Shown here: positions 61,689 through 64,000 of the stretch, in pieces
Numbering within the stretch: the first letter of the stretch is position 1
How the letters are laid out: every line of letters starts with the position of its first letter
DNA from: Amoebophrya sp. A120
Lineage: Eukaryota > Protista > Dinoflagellata
NCBI GenBank assembly: GCA_905178155.1
Contig: CAJINV010000010.1
Span: forward strand, 1,378,094 to 1,442,093
Direction of reading: 5' to 3'
Length of the DNA: 64,000 bases
The notes under the pieces: generated by a model
The model's input: only the letters and a program-made list of their open reading frames with translations
What the model was told of the DNA's origin: nothing
The model's database searches: none
Translations under genes and position numbers: made by a program

Positions 61689-63466
61689 ATGGCCGCCACT
61701 TCCTCCAGTAGCAACCCCACGGTCATCCCGGCAGCCCTCGCCCCGGGCATGACCCTGAATCCCGGCGCCACGACCGGGCCCCAGCAGACACTCCCCGCGA
61801 ACGCGACACTGGAACAAGCAACCGCTCTGATCCCAGCAGCCGGCGCCACAACCGACCAGCAGCTTCAGACCTACAAAATCCAGCCCGACGGACGGAACCC
61901 ACTGATATCCTGTGCAACTAGAGTATATTATCGTGCGCATTTGCTACTGCAAGAACACGGCAACACAAATTCAAATCTTTATTCCGGGTTGTAGTACCTC
62001 TACCTCTTCCACCATTTGCAACTGCATCACATTTACGACCTTCTGTTTTCTTCTCAGTGAAAGTTGTGACTCAATTCTTACTTCTACGCCCGATGCTAGT
62101 ACTCTTTAGCAATGCATACTTGGAGTGTTTCGCGCATTTCCAGAAACACGGGAAGTTCGGGATTTTGGAACCAATAGAGAAGAACCGAACCTCGGCCTGG
62201 GAACCGTTTGTCGACGCGATTCTGCAGCTATCGAGGGAAAGAAATAGAGTTATCGTACTTGTAGTACTGGTGGCTGTCATGCATGACAAAAAATCTTATG
62301 CGTGTGCTCGTGCTGTCATATTTTGCATGGAGTCTTTCAACATTACTTGTTGAGAAGGCTCAGAAGATCACTGCGAAGATGAGCCTTTACGTACGTACGA
62401 TGCCAGTTTTCCGATGCATATGAGCAGGGCGAAAACGATATCAAATGCAAATATGTCTGAGTTGTCTGGAAGGGTGCAACGTCTGTCATGCACATTTTAC
62501 CTGACTCCTGATGTCTGTGATGCATGCCCTAGCATCACAGATTTTATGAGGGCTTCCTGCTGCCTATACCGCATGAGAAATGCCCTCCCGCCGTGGCAAA
62601 AACTGAACCTCTTTTGCTGTTCATGCAATACAGATTTTTGTAGTTTCCAGAGTCAGCATCTTCACAAGTTCTAGACCCAGACATATTTGCAATGCATAAA
62701 CGACATGAAGCTGGTCACGTCAAAGGACAAGGACGGGGCGGCCTACGTGAGTCCGGAGGGGAAAGAAATGACAGCAAACGAGTACTGGCGGCAGAAAAAA
62801 TACGACGAGTGCATGTTTAAATTTGAAGACGACGCGTATAACTTCGCCAAACAACGCTACAAACTGGAACTTCTCCGGTTGAACCGCGGCCACGACAGCA
62901 TGGACGGTGGAGCGCTGTGGTTGGGCAGAGCATTGATTTGCAAGGACACGGTATATGCTACTGTAGTAGTTGTTTCGTGTTGATTTCTCAGCGTATTGTG
63001 TTTGTCGTTTGATGTAGTAATAGCGAATATATTGAGTTTTTTCATTCTTTGTAGCTTACACGCATAAAGTTGTTCGTAGGCATCACGCACAAGCGCAACT
63101 TTTGCTCTGAAAAGGAGCTGATTTTACATGTTTTATGATGCAGTTTCTTGATACAAGTGTGATTTCTGAAAATTTACATTTCTGCAAAATGTCGTTTATT
63201 TTCCCATATGCATCAAAACGCAGGTATGGCTCGCGTTGTGGGGCAAATCCATGAATCGGTTCACCGTGGTGTTGGATACGCTGCGACAGCGAAACGTGTT
63301 CTGTGACACGCGGATGGAGTATCGACCCCCGGTGGTGCTGCCGAGGCCCTTCATGCAGCTGACGCTGAACCACACCGAGCGACCCGAGGTCTTGAAAGAA
63401 TTGGTGAATTTTGCGCTGAACGGGTTGCCAATACACGTCGTGGACCTGCGGGACGGTTACAACTGA
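61689..63466 (+). CDS. Gene 10: hypothetical protein
   Basis: ORFs 61647, 62057, 62687 and 63236 join via elements 61906-62118 and 62439-62698, a degenerate one at about 62229-62393, and a GT-AG intron 62951-63223. Confidence 0.65.
61906..62118. mobile_element. TIR intron-like element, diverged family C
   Basis: TATCCTGTGCAA / TAGCAATGCATA ends. The TSD has decayed (ACTGA/CTTGG), but +5 removal restores the frame. Confidence 0.7.
62439..62698. mobile_element. TIR intron-like element, family H
   Basis: TSD AACGA/AACGA. Confidence 0.95.
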
Positions 63467-64000
63467 AGAAAAGTTTGTTAACATTCGCGAATAGAGTAAG
63501 CATTAGCCACATGATGCTGTTCTGTTTCGGTTTGCTTTATGGAAGATTGATGTAGAACAAGCGAGCTCTACTTTGTGGTTTCTGTTACTCCACCTTGTAC
63601 GAACTACCTCATTGAACTTTCGAACTACTACTAGAGAATACAATAGCTGTCCTGTGACGTACACGTATCTCTACTTTATTTTATCAAGCTTCGTCCGACG
63701 TATAATCCACCTCGTTTTTACCTTCTTCTCTCGAACTTGTGATTTCCCCTTTTACCGCTTCGTCCTGTGAGGAATACGTAAATTGCTGCACTCACCACAA
63801 AGCAGACGTATTTTATGTGCCGGATGTGGACGAGAGCGAGAGCCGGAGAGCTGCGACTGCGAGAATCCTGAGTTTACCAACTTTATTCTTCTTACTAAAC
63901 TACCCAGAAAAATTATCGTGCCTGTCGCCCCTCGCTCTCGTGCTCTCTGTGATACAGAACTGATGTCATGTATAAGTACTACCCGATATTACAGTTCAAC

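Noticed and set aside
62229-62393. A 39th TIR element in gene 10
   Set aside because: An intron is needed here and TAT..GTA +5 restores the frame, but the TIR and TSD are too decayed to list as a supported feature.
1008-62698. Recurrent peptides such as ISNVKMSGSG, FVMHK, QTQTFLHLI and GIERKNPSSPY suggesting a protein repeat family
   Set aside because: They are translations of the element TIRs, not exon sequence.

Overview
Eukaryotic genomic DNA with about 10 genes, all on the + strand, mostly encoding low-complexity proteins. The architecture resembles the parasitic dinoflagellate lineage Syndiniales (Amoebophrya-like); this is inferred, not verified. The dominant feature is 38 short (113-334 bp) elements in at least 8 families. 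They typically start with TAT, end with ATA, have terminal inverted repeats (TIRs), are flanked by a 5-bp direct repeat (TSD), and all sit inside coding exons. In every case, removing the element plus exactly 5 nt rejoins the ORF, although 27 of the 38 removed lengths are not multiples of 3. There is no consistent GT/AG boundary, and the same family works in both orientations. They therefore behave as non-canonical, transposon-derived introns (introner-like) or as DNA-excised elements. Three larger TIR elements (0.6-1.4 kb) are instead flanked by 42-54 bp direct duplications, and two of them also excise in frame. One membrane-protein gene contains a captured, intron-bearing threonyl-tRNA synthetase fragment that it reads in an alternative frame. 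Recognisable products are a pseudokinase-domain protein, an RNI-like LRR protein and a calcineurin-B-like EF-hand protein. No transposase, RNA gene or CRISPR array was seen. All gene models were joined by hand and need RNA confirmation.
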